Shown here in pieces: positions 39,620 to 49,536 of a DNA stretch of 64,000 nucleotides. The position numbers and the translations under genes were made by a program. Location of the stretch: the NCBI GenBank assembly GCA_963736855.1, contig CAVTQK010000015.1, forward strand, positions 1-64,000, in the 5' to 3' direction. Source of the DNA: an uncultured delta proteobacterium. Its GTDB lineage: Bacteria; Desulfobacterota; Desulfobacteria; Desulfobacterales; UBA2156. Under the pieces are notes generated by a model, which worked only from the letters and a program-made list of their open reading frames with translations, made no database searches and had not been told where the DNA came from. Each line of letters starts with the position of its first letter. The stretch's first letter is position 1.

Positions 39620-40975
39620 GTGGGCATCCGGTCTCCCCATGTCCTGATTGTTAACCCCTGGATCCATGATTTTGCGGCCTATGATTTCTGGGCTAAGCCC
39701 ATGGGGATCCTACTGCTGGGGGCTGTACTGAGACGATGCGGTATCGACGTTTCTTATGTCGATTGCCTGGACCGTTTTCACCCCAGGGCCTCTTTCGCCC
39801 TTAGCGGCGTCCGTCTCGGCAAGGGTCCCTATCTAAAGACATGGATCCCAAAACCCGTAGGGCTTGAGGATGTACCCAGACGGTTTTCCAGGTACGGTAT
39901 TTATCCTGACTGGCTCCGGGAAGACCTTCTCCGATTATCTCCTCCGGATTTGATTCTGGTCACTTCCGTCATGACATACTGGTGGACCGGAGTTCGGGAA
40001 ACCATCATCGTTATTAAAGAAATGTTTCCTGCAACCCCCGTGGTATTGGGGGGGATCTACGCGACTCTATGCACCGAACATGCCCGACAAAGAAGCGGCG
40101 CAGACCGCGTTTTGAACGGCTCTGGTGAAATCCATGTCTTCAATCTGGCCGCAGAATTGACGGGGCGTTCCACGGAATCCTTACAAGCCCAAAGCGGATT
40201 CGATCCCGATAACCTGGATACCTGGCCATACCCGGTCCTGGATCTTTATAAAAAGATTCCTTACGTCCCTCTGTTGACATCCGTCGGATGTCCGTTTACT
40301 TGTTCCTATTGTGCGTCACACGCCCTTTTTCCGAAACGGATGCAACGTTCACCGGAGGCCGTCGTTCAAGAGATTCGCCATTGGCACATGGCGTACGGTG
40401 TAGCCGATTTTATACTTTATGACGATGCGTTTCTCATCGATGCACCCCATCATGCCATCCCGATCCTGGAAAGGACGATCCGGATGCATCTGCCCATACG
40501 TTTTCATACTCCCAATGCCCTGCATATTCGACAGATCACCCGATCGGTGGCTCGACTGCTCAAGCAGGCCGGGTTTCATACCATACGGCTGGGACTGGAG
40601 ACCACAGTAGTTGAAAATCGGGAAAGGCTAGACCATAAGGTGACCCTGGAGGAGTTCTCCCGGACCGCTGCCTACCTTTCTGAAGCGGGTTTTACCCGGG
40701 AACAGGTAGGCGCATACCTGCTGGTGGGGCTTCCGGAACAGGATTTTTCTTCCGTGGAATCGTCCATCAATACCGTGAAATCATGCGGGATCCGCCCCAT
40801 TCCGGCATACTATTCGCCCATCCCTCAGACTCCATTATGGAAGGCGGCGATACGCTCCTCTCGATATCCTCTTGAATCGGACCCTATTTTTTCAAACAAC
40901 GCTATCATGCCTTGCCAAAAGACGCCTTTTTCATGGGAAAGGATCACACAGATCAAACAATGGACATCAGACTGA
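39620..40975 (+). CDS. B12-binding-domain radical SAM protein
   Basis: NPWIHDFAAYDFWAKP, LGGIYATL, GCPFTCSYC. Confidence 0.85.
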   Translation: MGIRSPHVLIVNPWIHDFAAYDFWAKPMGILLLGAVLRRCGIDVSYVDCLDRFHPRASFALSGVRLGKGPYLKTWIPKPVGLEDVPRRFSRYGIYPDWLREDLLRLSPPDLILVTSVMTYWWTGVRETIIVIKEMFPATPVVLGGIYATLCTEHARQRSGADRVLNGSGEIHVFNLAAELTGRSTESLQAQSGFDPDNLDTWPYPVLDLYKKIPYVPLLTSVGCPFTCSYCASHALFPKRMQRSPEAVVQEIRHWHMAYGVADFILYDDAFLIDAPHHAIPILERTIRMHLPIRFHTPNALHIRQITRSVARLLKQAGFHTIRLGLETTVVENRERLDHKVTLEEFSRTAAYLSEAGFTREQVGAYLLVGLPEQDFSSVESSINTVKSCGIRPIPAYYSPIPQTPLWKAAIRSSRYPLESDPIFSNNAIMPCQKTPFSWERITQIKQWTSD

Positions 40976-41121
40976 TGCTTTTGAGGATCTGAAAACCGGT
41001 GAGGGCCGCGGCTGAATCTTGACATGGACTTCAGACGACCTGTATTTTGAATGTGCTTCATCCTGAATCCATGCTTAAATGAAGGTTCGGAATAATAAAA
41101 GAAAATAGAAAGGGGATTTTC

Positions 41122-42591
41122 ATGCTACACCTGAGATGGGTCGACATCGAGAAAAAGGGGGTAAAGAACCTGATCGTTCCGGTCCTTGAAGATCGGGAGA
41201 TCACCGATCACCCGGCGATTGCCGGACTTGTCAGGCACGCCAGGACAATTCCGGAATTTAAAGGAGAAAAAGGAGACGAACTGGTCTTGTACCGACCCGG
41301 AAGCCTCCCGGTGGAACGGGTGTTCTTTGTAGGTCTGGGAAAATACAAAACGTTGGATCGGGAAGTCTTGCGCGCCTTTGCCGGAAAAGGAATTAAAAAA
41401 GGGATCGGGATGAAGCTTGCGGAAGTGATGATTGAAATCCCCTCCCCGGAACGCATCCAAAGAGATCCGGAGGACATCCTCGAGCCCATTCTGGAAGGCG
41501 CTCTTTTGGCCAACCACCGATTCACCCGGTACAAGGAAGAGAAAAAAGAGCGTGAGCTGGAAAAAATCGAGTTCTTGGCACCGCCTCCGATGCAGCGAAA
41601 GTTTCGGGATCTGCCCGAATCCGTTGAGACGGTGTGCGGGGCGACACTCCTGGCCCGGGAGTGGGTCTCCATGCCCCCCAATGAGAAGAAGCCGAAGCAG
41701 TTTGCGAAAGCCGTCATCGGCAAGGCCAAAAAAGCGGGATTGAAGACAATGCTTCTGAGCGAAAAGGCCTTACGGCAAAAGGGGTTCGGTTCCATGCTTT
41801 CGGTTTCGGCAGGGAGCGAGAGCCAGGCTCAGTTGGTGGTCTTGGAACACCATCCCGTCAAGACAGGAAAGCCCGTTGTGCTGGTCGGCAAGGGGGTAAC
41901 CTTCGATTCCGGCGGAATCAACCTGAAACCCGGCGCCGGAATGGAAGAGATGAAAACGGATATGTCCGGAGCCGCAACAGTGGCAGCAACCCTCATCGCA
42001 GCGGCCCGGATGAATATGAAGCGAAATCTGGTGGGTGTGCTGCCGATCGTGGAAAACATGCCCTCCGGAAGTGCGACCCGGCCCGGAGATATTGTGAAAA
42101 GCTTCTTGGGGAAAACTGTAGAAATCCTCAATACCGACGCGGAAGGAAGACTGATTCTCATCGATGCCCTGGCCTGGGCGGGAAAGTCCTACCGGCCGGA
42201 GATCATGATCGATTTGGCTACCCTCACCGGAGCCTGTGTCGTAGCTCTGGGTGAAAAGATCGCCGGGCTCTTCACGCCTGATGACAGTCTGGCCAAGGTG
42301 ATCCTGGAATCGGGGGAAAGAACCTTTGAGCGCTGCTGGCGGCTTCCCATGCCCGACGATTACAAGGAACTGCTTAAAAGCGACCTGGCCGATATCCGGA
42401 ATGTAGCCGAGTCCCGGTGGGGCGGCGCCATCCAGGGAGCCTTGTTTCTTTCCGAGTTTGTGAAGGATTGTCGCTGGGCCCATATCGACATCGCCGGACC
42501 GGCTTCCGCCAAGAAGGAGGGCCCGTATTGCGGCGTCAGCGGGACAGGATTCGGAGTCCGACTCCTCTGCAATGCCCTGACCAGGCTTTAA
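41122..42591 (+). CDS. pepA: Leucyl aminopeptidase (M17)
   Basis: VGKGVTFDSGG, MKTDMSGAA, NTDAEGRL, WAHIDIAG. Confidence 0.95.
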   Translation: MLHLRWVDIEKKGVKNLIVPVLEDREITDHPAIAGLVRHARTIPEFKGEKGDELVLYRPGSLPVERVFFVGLGKYKTLDREVLRAFAGKGIKKGIGMKLAEVMIEIPSPERIQRDPEDILEPILEGALLANHRFTRYKEEKKERELEKIEFLAPPPMQRKFRDLPESVETVCGATLLAREWVSMPPNEKKPKQFAKAVIGKAKKAGLKTMLLSEKALRQKGFGSMLSVSAGSESQAQLVVLEHHPVKTGKPVVLVGKGVTFDSGGINLKPGAGMEEMKTDMSGAATVAATLIAAARMNMKRNLVGVLPIVENMPSGSATRPGDIVKSFLGKTVEILNTDAEGRLILIDALAWAGKSYRPEIMIDLATLTGACVVALGEKIAGLFTPDDSLAKVILESGERTFERCWRLPMPDDYKELLKSDLADIRNVAESRWGGAIQGALFLSEFVKDCRWAHIDIAGPASAKKEGPYCGVSGTGFGVRLLCNALTRL

Positions 42592-42608
42592 TCGCAATCA
42601 TATCCATT

Positions 42609-43085
42609 ATGGCTCAGGAAATCGAACGCAAATTTTTAGTCACGGGTGACGGCTGGAAGGCCCTGAGCTGTGGCATAGTGTGTCAACAAGGATATCTGAG
42701 CCGAACCAAGGATTGCGTGGTCCGGGTTCGAATTGCGGATGATAAGGCCTACCTCTCAGTGAAAGGCGCGGTGACGGCCATCACGCGAACGGAATTCGAG
42801 TATGAAATTCCCTTTTCAGATGCCGAAGTCCTGCTTTCCGATTTCTGCGAAAAACCGCTGATTCAAAAGACGCGTCATCTCATTTCCTACAAAGGATTCA
42901 TCTGGGAAGTGGATGAGTTCTCAGGGGAAAATAAGGGACTTGTCATCGCCGAACTGGAACTCGAAAGTGAAGATCAGGTATTTGAAAAACCCGATTGGGT
43001 CGGCCCGGAGGTCACCGGCGATCCTAAATATTACAACGCCAATCTGGTGAAAAATCCTTATAATCATTGGACCGGAAAAGGTTGA
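42609..43085 (+). CDS. CYTH-domain triphosphate tunnel metalloenzyme
   Basis: Start at MAQEIERKFLV (ExExK); QGYL, EFEYEIP, WEVDEF. Confidence 0.9.
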   Translation: MAQEIERKFLVTGDGWKALSCGIVCQQGYLSRTKDCVVRVRIADDKAYLSVKGAVTAITRTEFEYEIPFSDAEVLLSDFCEKPLIQKTRHLISYKGFIWEVDEFSGENKGLVIAELELESEDQVFEKPDWVGPEVTGDPKYYNANLVKNPYNHWTGKG

Positions 43086-43114
43086 ACCCTTCAGATTTCT
43101 TCGGCAAAAAAGAG

Positions 43115-43146
43115 CAGTAGAGGCGAAAAATATTTCGCCCCTACTG
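43115..43146 (-). terminator. Hairpin between the convergent CYTH and hisD genes
   Basis: CAGTAG-A-GGCGAAA / TTTCGCC-C-CTACTG stem with an A tract on the left (T tract on the minus strand). Confidence 0.55.
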
Positions 43147-44466
43147 ATAGCCTTCTTTTTTTAGGGTATCCAGCCGGACGGCTACGGATCCGGAATGGGC
43201 TGAAAGTCCCTCGATGTCGGCCAACTGAATAACACTTTCGGCTTCCCGCAAAAACGCTTCCCTGGAATAATAGATGAGACTTGTTTTTTTTAGGAAATGA
43301 TCCACGGAAAGCGCGGATGCGAAGCGGGCGGTTCCTGCTGTCGGTAGTACATGATTGGGTCCGGCGATGTAATCTCCCATGGGTTCCGGAGAATAGGGGC
43401 CAATGAATACCGCTCCGGCATGACGGATCCGGGATAAGTGCGCCATGGGGTCTTCGATCATAAGCTCTAAATGTTCTGGTGCAACGCGGTTGGCCAGATC
43501 AAAGGCCGTGTTGAGGTCCGGGACGACAAGGATCAATCCGAATTGTTCGATGGATTTTCGGGCGATTTCTTTCCGGTCAAGGGTTTTCAGGCGGATTTCT
43601 ATGGCTTTTGAAACCTCTTCAGCAATATTCTGAGAATCGGTGATGAGAATGGCTGAAGCCAGCATGTCGTGTTCGGCCTGGGAGAGAAGGTCCGCTGCGA
43701 CGAATTCTGGATTTGCCTTGTGGTCGGCCAGGATTAAAATCTCACTGGGGCCGGCGATCATGTCGATTCCCACTTCTCCGGCCAGAAGCTTCTTGGCCGC
43801 CGTTACAAAAATATTCCCGGGCCCGACGATGACATCGACCTTCGGAATCGTTTGTGTGCCAAAGGCAAGGGCGGCAATCCCCCATGCGCTTCCGGCCTTG
43901 AAAACCGTATCGGCTCCGGCCATTTGGGCTGCCACCAGAAGATGTGGATTCACCGACCCGTCCGACGTCGGCGGGGTGATCATGACCACTTGTTTGACAC
44001 CGGCAATTTTTGCCGGGATGACCCCCATTAAAACGGAGGAGACCAGCGGTGTTTTGCCACCGGATCCTCCGGGTACATATACCCCTGCCCGATCCACCGG
44101 TCGCACCAGTTGTCCTAAAAGCGTTCCGTTTCGCTCTGTGTGTATAACCGAGGCGGGAAGTTGCCGCCGGTGAAAGGCCTCGATCTGGTTTTCGGCAAGC
44201 TTGATGGCTTTAAGGAAACGACGGCTGACCCGGGTTCTCGCTTGAGTGAATTCTTCGGGAGTGGCGAGAAGGGATTCGATTTTAAAGCCCGGAGCGTCGA
44301 AACGCCGCGTGTAGGAAAGCACGGCTTGATCTCCGTTTTTTTTCACGTCCTCCAGGATCTTCTGCACCGCCGTCAGGTCTTTTTTCCGGATGTGCAAACC
44401 CCGATTAACAATCTGCTCAAGCCTTTTTTCCGCTGCTGTCGAAGGAAACGAATAACCTTTCATCAT
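43141..44466 (-). CDS. hisD: Histidinol dehydrogenase
   Basis: [48 protein letters not shown]. Confidence 0.96.
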   Translation of the reverse strand: MMKGYSFPSTAAEKRLEQIVNRGLHIRKKDLTAVQKILEDVKKNGDQAVLSYTRRFDAPGFKIESLLATPEEFTQARTRVSRRFLKAIKLAENQIEAFHRRQLPASVIHTERNGTLLGQLVRPVDRAGVYVPGGSGGKTPLVSSVLMGVIPAKIAGVKQVVMITPPTSDGSVNPHLLVAAQMAGADTVFKAGSAWGIAALAFGTQTIPKVDVIVGPGNIFVTAAKKLLAGEVGIDMIAGPSEILILADHKANPEFVAADLLSQAEHDMLASAILITDSQNIAEEVSKAIEIRLKTLDRKEIARKSIEQFGLILVVPDLNTAFDLANRVAPEHLELMIEDPMAHLSRIRHAGAVFIGPYSPEPMGDYIAGPNHVLPTAGTARFASALSVDHFLKKTSLIYYSREAFLREAESVIQLADIEGLSAHSGSVAVRLDTLKKEGYQ

Positions 44467-44660
44467 GAAACTCCGTCGATTTTAACATCCTGATGCTTTG
44501 GAATAGATTTGGCGACCAGTTTAGAGGGAACACCCGGTGAAGTCAACAGATACGCCTGCGAAAAACCCGAATGCATAAGATACCCGTTGACATGCGACGA
44601 TCATCAAAATAGGAAGAAACCTTTGGGGAAACGCCCGATAATTCAATATGGAGGATACAG

Positions 44661-45749
44661 ATGAAACAAAAACGGATTCACAATTTCAATGCCGGGCCCG
44701 CGGCCCTTCCGCTGGAGGTTTTAAAAGAGGTTCAGGAAACATTTCTGAATTTTTCCGGTTCCGGAATGTCGATCACCGAGATCAGCCACCGCTCTAAGTG
44801 GTTCGAGGATGTCATCAATGATGCGGTAGTAAGAACCCGACGCCTCTTGAAACTGGATGATCGGTATCATGTTTTGTTCATTCAGGGCGGGGCCAGCCTG
44901 CAGTTTTGCATGATTCCCATGAACTTTTTAAAAGATGGCGAGAGCGCGGACTATGTGAATACCGGCACGTGGTCCACGAAGGCCATCAAGGAGGCCAAAA
45001 TCCTCGGTAAAAAGGTCAATGTGGCGGCCTCTTCCGAGGATGACGGTTTTTCCTACATCCCCAAAAATATTTCCTTCAACGCGGATGCGGTGTTCTGCCA
45101 TATCACTTCCAACAACACCATCAAGGGGACCCAGTGGGAAAGGTTCCCGGATACGGGGAAGGTCCCTCTCATTGCCGATATGTCTTCGGATATCATGAGC
45201 CGTCGTTTTGATGTTAACCCGTTTGGGTTGATCTATGCGGGCGCCCAGAAAAATATCGGGCCTGCCGGTGTATGCATGGTGATCGTGCGCAAAGACATGC
45301 TGGAAAAAGTGCCCGGGAATCTTCCTTCCATGCTCAAGTATACCACCTATTCGGAATCCAACTCTTTGTACAACACACCCCCGTGTTTTTCGGTCTACAT
45401 GATACAACTGGTTTTGAAGTGGCTGGAGGAAAAAATCGGCGGACTGGAGAAGATGGAGGCCATCAACCAGAAGAAGGCAAAGCTTCTTTACGATGTCCTG
45501 GATGCCGGAGGCTTTTACCGTGGTACGGCTCGGCTCGGGAGCCGTTCCATGATGAACGTGACCTTCCGGCTTCCCTCCGAGGACTTGGAAACCCGGTTCA
45601 TCAAGGAAGCCATGGAAAACGATCTCGGAGGGCTGAAAGGGCATCGGAGCGTAGGCGGATGCCGTGCTTCCATCTACAACGCCACAGGGATAGATGGCCT
45701 AAAAGCCCTGGTGGATTTCATGAAGGTGTTCGAGAAGAAAAACGGTTGA
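44661..45749 (+). CDS. serC: Phosphoserine aminotransferase
   Basis: NFNAGPAALP, EISHRS, AGAQKNIGP, YNTPP, LKGHRSVGG. Confidence 0.96.
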   Translation: MKQKRIHNFNAGPAALPLEVLKEVQETFLNFSGSGMSITEISHRSKWFEDVINDAVVRTRRLLKLDDRYHVLFIQGGASLQFCMIPMNFLKDGESADYVNTGTWSTKAIKEAKILGKKVNVAASSEDDGFSYIPKNISFNADAVFCHITSNNTIKGTQWERFPDTGKVPLIADMSSDIMSRRFDVNPFGLIYAGAQKNIGPAGVCMVIVRKDMLEKVPGNLPSMLKYTTYSESNSLYNTPPCFSVYMIQLVLKWLEEKIGGLEKMEAINQKKAKLLYDVLDAGGFYRGTARLGSRSMMNVTFRLPSEDLETRFIKEAMENDLGGLKGHRSVGGCRASIYNATGIDGLKALVDFMKVFEKKNG

Positions 45750-45891
45750 AGGGTGGCTTGACTTTTTTTGCCGGGGTCGGTACCCTTGCTTTAACAAAAC
45801 GATCTGGAGGGTTGTCCAAATCCGGATGAAATTTCAGGGTCCGGATAATGAGAAACAGACAGGTTTTCAGCGTTGGGAAAAGGAGGGAAGC

Positions 45892-47634
45892 ATGGATAAG
45901 ATTCTGAGGATCGATGTGGGGGCCGAAGGCGGCCCGAAGATCAAAGTGACCGATCTCGGAGCATATGCCGGTCTAGGGGGCCGTGCCATGACTTCGGCCA
46001 TCGTATCAAAAGAGGTCCCGCCCCTTTGCCACCCCTTGGGGGCCGACAACAAATTCGTAATCGCTCCGGGAATTTTGAGCGGAACCACCGCTGCCATGTC
46101 CGGGAGAATCTCTGTGGGCTGCAAGAGTCCGCTGACCGGGGGCATCAAGGAAGCCAATTCCGGCGGGCAGCCTTCTCAGATGCTCGCCCGTCTGGGATAT
46201 GCGGCCATCATTTTGGAGGGAAAGCCCAAAGACGACACCCTTTATAAAATCTTCATCAACAAGGACGGAGTCAACATTAAACCGGACAACAGCCTGAAGA
46301 CTTTAGGCAATTATGATGTCGTCGAAAAGATGAAAAGTGAGTTCGGAGAAAAGATCGCCTGCATCTCCATCGGGCCGGCCGGTGAAATGAAGATGTCAGC
46401 GGCCTCCGTGGCCTGCACCGATATGGAACAGAGGCCGACCCGGCATTGCGGAAGGGGCGGTGTTGGTGCGGTCATGGGATCCAAGGGCATCAAAGTCATC
46501 GTCATCGACGACGAAGGGACCACCATGCGGATCCCCAAGGACGCTGAGAAATTTAAGGAAGCCAACCGGGTCTTCGTGGCCGGCCTGAAAAAGCATCCGG
46601 TTTCCGGCCAGGGTCTTCCGACTTACGGCACCAATGTGCTGACCAACGTCATCAACGAGGCGGGTGGATACCCCACCCGAAATTTTTCCTCCGGTCGATT
46701 CGAGGGGGCCTCCAAGATCAGCGGCGAAACCCAGGCTGCTCTGGAGAACGAGCGGGGGGGCGAAGGGTCCGCCACCCACGGATGCCACCGGGGCTGCATA
46801 ATCCGGTGCTCGGGGACCTTTTATGACAAGGACGGCAACTACGTTACCAAGCAGCCCGAATATGAGACCGTATGGGCCCATGGTGGCAACTGTGGCATCG
46901 ACGACCTGGACGTTATCGCTCAGATCGACCGACTGGATGACGACTACGGACTCGACACTATCGAAATGGGAGCCACCATCGGCGTGGCCATGGAAGCCGG
47001 ATTGGCGAAATTCGGGGACGCCCAGGCCGCTATCAACCTTGTCAAAGAAGTGGGGAAGGGGACCGACCTGGGACGCATCCTCGGAAACGGAGCTGCGGTC
47101 ACCGGAAAGGTCTTCGGCGTGGAGCGGGTACCCGTAGTGAAGGGACAGGCCATGCCGGCCTATGATCCGAGGGCGGTACAAGGGGTTGGCGTAACCTATG
47201 CCACCAGCACCATGGGGGCCGACCATACGGCCGGGTATGCGGTGACCGCCAATATCCTGGGCGTCGGCGGAACTGTCGATCCGCTGAAGCCGGTAGGACA
47301 GGTGGAGCTTTCCCGGAATCTCCAGATCGCCACTGCGGCCGTCGATGCTACCGGCATGTGCATCTTCATCGCCTTCGCAGTGCTGGACCAGCCGGAGACG
47401 TTTCAGGCTCTCATCGATATGATCAACGCCTTTTATGGACAGAACCTGACGGCCGACGACGTTGCCAATTTAGGTAAATCAATTCTGAAAAATGAAAGGG
47501 AGTTCAATAAAGCGGCGGGATTCACACCTCAGCATGATCGGCTTCCCAGCTATTTTATTAAAGAAAAACTCCCTCCTCACAATATCACCTTCCAGGTATC
47601 GGACACGGAGTTGGATCAACTGTTCAACTGGTAA
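45892..47634 (+). CDS. aor: Aldehyde:ferredoxin oxidoreductase (tungsten AOR family)
   Basis: KSPLTGGIKEAN, GRGGVGAVMGSK, CHRGCIIRC, PEYET, GLDTIE, AYDPR. AGGAGG RBS before MDKILRID. Confidence 0.92.
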   Translation: MDKILRIDVGAEGGPKIKVTDLGAYAGLGGRAMTSAIVSKEVPPLCHPLGADNKFVIAPGILSGTTAAMSGRISVGCKSPLTGGIKEANSGGQPSQMLARLGYAAIILEGKPKDDTLYKIFINKDGVNIKPDNSLKTLGNYDVVEKMKSEFGEKIACISIGPAGEMKMSAASVACTDMEQRPTRHCGRGGVGAVMGSKGIKVIVIDDEGTTMRIPKDAEKFKEANRVFVAGLKKHPVSGQGLPTYGTNVLTNVINEAGGYPTRNFSSGRFEGASKISGETQAALENERGGEGSATHGCHRGCIIRCSGTFYDKDGNYVTKQPEYETVWAHGGNCGIDDLDVIAQIDRLDDDYGLDTIEMGATIGVAMEAGLAKFGDAQAAINLVKEVGKGTDLGRILGNGAAVTGKVFGVERVPVVKGQAMPAYDPRAVQGVGVTYATSTMGADHTAGYAVTANILGVGGTVDPLKPVGQVELSRNLQIATAAVDATGMCIFIAFAVLDQPETFQALIDMINAFYGQNLTADDVANLGKSILKNEREFNKAAGFTPQHDRLPSYFIKEKLPPHNITFQVSDTELDQLFNW

Positions 47635-47653
47635 CCGAACCGTGTAATGTGAT

Positions 47654-47690
47654 AAAGCGCGGGGAAGCCGGAAGGCTTCCCCGATGCTTT
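47654..47690 (+). terminator. Hairpin after aor
   Basis: CGGGGAAGCC-GGAA-GGCTTCCCCG perfect stem with only a short T tail. Confidence 0.65.
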
Positions 47691-47724
47691 GATACCTTCT
47701 CCGGTTTGAGGAAAAGGAAAAACG

Positions 47725-48309
47725 ATGAAGGTAACCATTGAAACCCGAAGCTTACGACCGTTCATGAGGCTCCTGGAGGAGGGGGTAATCCTTCGGGTGC
47801 CCGAGGGGGTGTCTGTCCGAGAGGCCCTGGTGACGCATTTCGCATTGGATCCGCTTTATGTGGAAAACCGGGTCAGGACCCTGTTTTTAAACGGCAAACC
47901 CGTGGATGATCTGGATAACACGCGCGTATCGAATGGTTCGGTCCTTGCCCTTTCTGCGGCCATGCCCGGCCTCGTGGGGGCGACCATGCGCCGGGGCGGC
48001 TATTATGCGGCGATGCGCCAGCATATCGACCCCATAACACAACCTCCGGAGACCTGGAAAGCCTCCGGTAGGGTGACCTTCAAACTTTTCAACATGGTGG
48101 CACAGGATTTGCGGGAAGCCCTTTTCCAGGGGGGCGTCAGGATTCCCGTCGAGAGGTTTCAAACATTTTTAAATGACCAGGAAGAGGTCCTCAAGACCGT
48201 CTGTATCCGCATCTCGGCGGACGGCTCTTCAGTTTCCTTTTCAGAACTGTTGTCGATGACTTTTGATGAGGACGACGTTTTCCTGATCCTTATATCTTCT
48301 CCTGTTTGA
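47725..48309 (+). CDS. Conserved hypothetical protein with a putative MoaD/ThiS-like beta-grasp region
   Basis: SVREAL...[10 protein letters not shown]...[15 protein letters not shown] pattern; AAGGA RBS. Confidence 0.6.
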   Translation: MKVTIETRSLRPFMRLLEEGVILRVPEGVSVREALVTHFALDPLYVENRVRTLFLNGKPVDDLDNTRVSNGSVLALSAAMPGLVGATMRRGGYYAAMRQHIDPITQPPETWKASGRVTFKLFNMVAQDLREALFQGGVRIPVERFQTFLNDQEEVLKTVCIRISADGSSVSFSELLSMTFDEDDVFLILISSPV

Positions 48310-48336
48310 AGGCGCTGTTGCGTCGGGCATTTTCAA

Positions 48337-49515
48337 TTATTCGCAAAGCTCGAAAAGCGCCGCAGCCCCCATCCCACCGCCGATGCACATGGTTTCGATG
48401 CCGTATTTCACACCCTCCGCTTTCATGTTGGCCAACAGCGTGGCGCAGAGTTTGGCCCCGGTGCATCCCAAGGGATGCCCCAGGGCGATAGCCCCGCCGT
48501 TGATGTTGACCTTTTCCGGATCCAGTCCGAGCTGTCGGATGCACGCAAGGGCCTGTGAAGCAAAAGCCTCGTTGAGTTCAATCAGTCCCACTTCCTTTAA
48601 GTCGATCCCGGTCTGGCGGAGCAGTTTGGGGACCGCATAGAGGGGCCCGAGCCCCATCTCGTCGGGCCTGCATCCGGCCACCGCATATCCTTTCAATTTG
48701 GCGATGGGGGAAAGCCCCAGTTGTATGACCTTCTCTTCGCTCATGAGTAATGATGCGGCCGCACCATCAGTCATCTGGGAAGAGTTGCCAGCCGTTACTG
48801 TCCCGCCGACCTTGAAGACCGGTTTGAGCTTGGCAAGATCATTCAGGGTGGTTTCGGGGCGAATGCCGTCGTCGTGTTCAATGAAAAAAGTTTCTTTTTT
48901 ATAGGTGCCGTTTTCCTGCAGGACGTGCCGGACTGCCGGAGTTGGAACGATCTCGGTAAATCTCCCGGTTTTCCGGGCCTCGGCCGCTTTCATCTGGGAA
49001 CGGTAGGCAAAGGCATCCTGATCCTCCCGGCTGACATGGTAACGCTTTGCGACGTTTTCGGCGGTGAGCCCCATGGAAATGAAGATGTCCGGATGGTTCT
49101 GGCTGAATTCCGGATGCGGTCTCGGAATACTCCCGAGCATCGGCACATATGTCATGGATTCCAATCCGCCACCGATGGTGATATCCACCCATCCGCACAT
49201 GATCCGCATGGCCGCCAGTGCGATGGCCTCGATGCCGGAAGAACAAAACCGGTTGATGGTGGCCCCGGTGACTTCCACCGGAAATCCCGCCATGAGGGTG
49301 ACGATTCTTCCGATGTTAAGGCCCTGCTCCGCTTCCGGGAAAGCGCACCCAATCATGATGTCTTCCACGTCTTTTTTTTCGACGTTGGGGGTCCGGGCCA
49401 CGACCTCGTTCAGGATGAAAGAGGCAATTTCCTCCGGCCGGGTGTCTTTCAGCGCACCTTTTGCCCGTTTGCACCCGGGGGTCCGTATGGATGTAACAAT
49501 ATAGGCATCTCTCAT
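48337..49515 (-). CDS. fadA: 3-ketoacyl-CoA thiolase
   Basis: [34 protein letters not shown]. Confidence 0.93.
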   Translation of the reverse strand: MRDAYIVTSIRTPGCKRAKGALKDTRPEEIASFILNEVVARTPNVEKKDVEDIMIGCAFPEAEQGLNIGRIVTLMAGFPVEVTGATINRFCSSGIEAIALAAMRIMCGWVDITIGGGLESMTYVPMLGSIPRPHPEFSQNHPDIFISMGLTAENVAKRYHVSREDQDAFAYRSQMKAAEARKTGRFTEIVPTPAVRHVLQENGTYKKETFFIEHDDGIRPETTLNDLAKLKPVFKVGGTVTAGNSSQMTDGAAASLLMSEEKVIQLGLSPIAKLKGYAVAGCRPDEMGLGPLYAVPKLLRQTGIDLKEVGLIELNEAFASQALACIRQLGLDPEKVNINGGAIALGHPLGCTGAKLCATLLANMKAEGVKYGIETMCIGGGMGAAALFELCE

Positions 49516-49536
49516 GGTCACTTCTCCTTCAGATTA

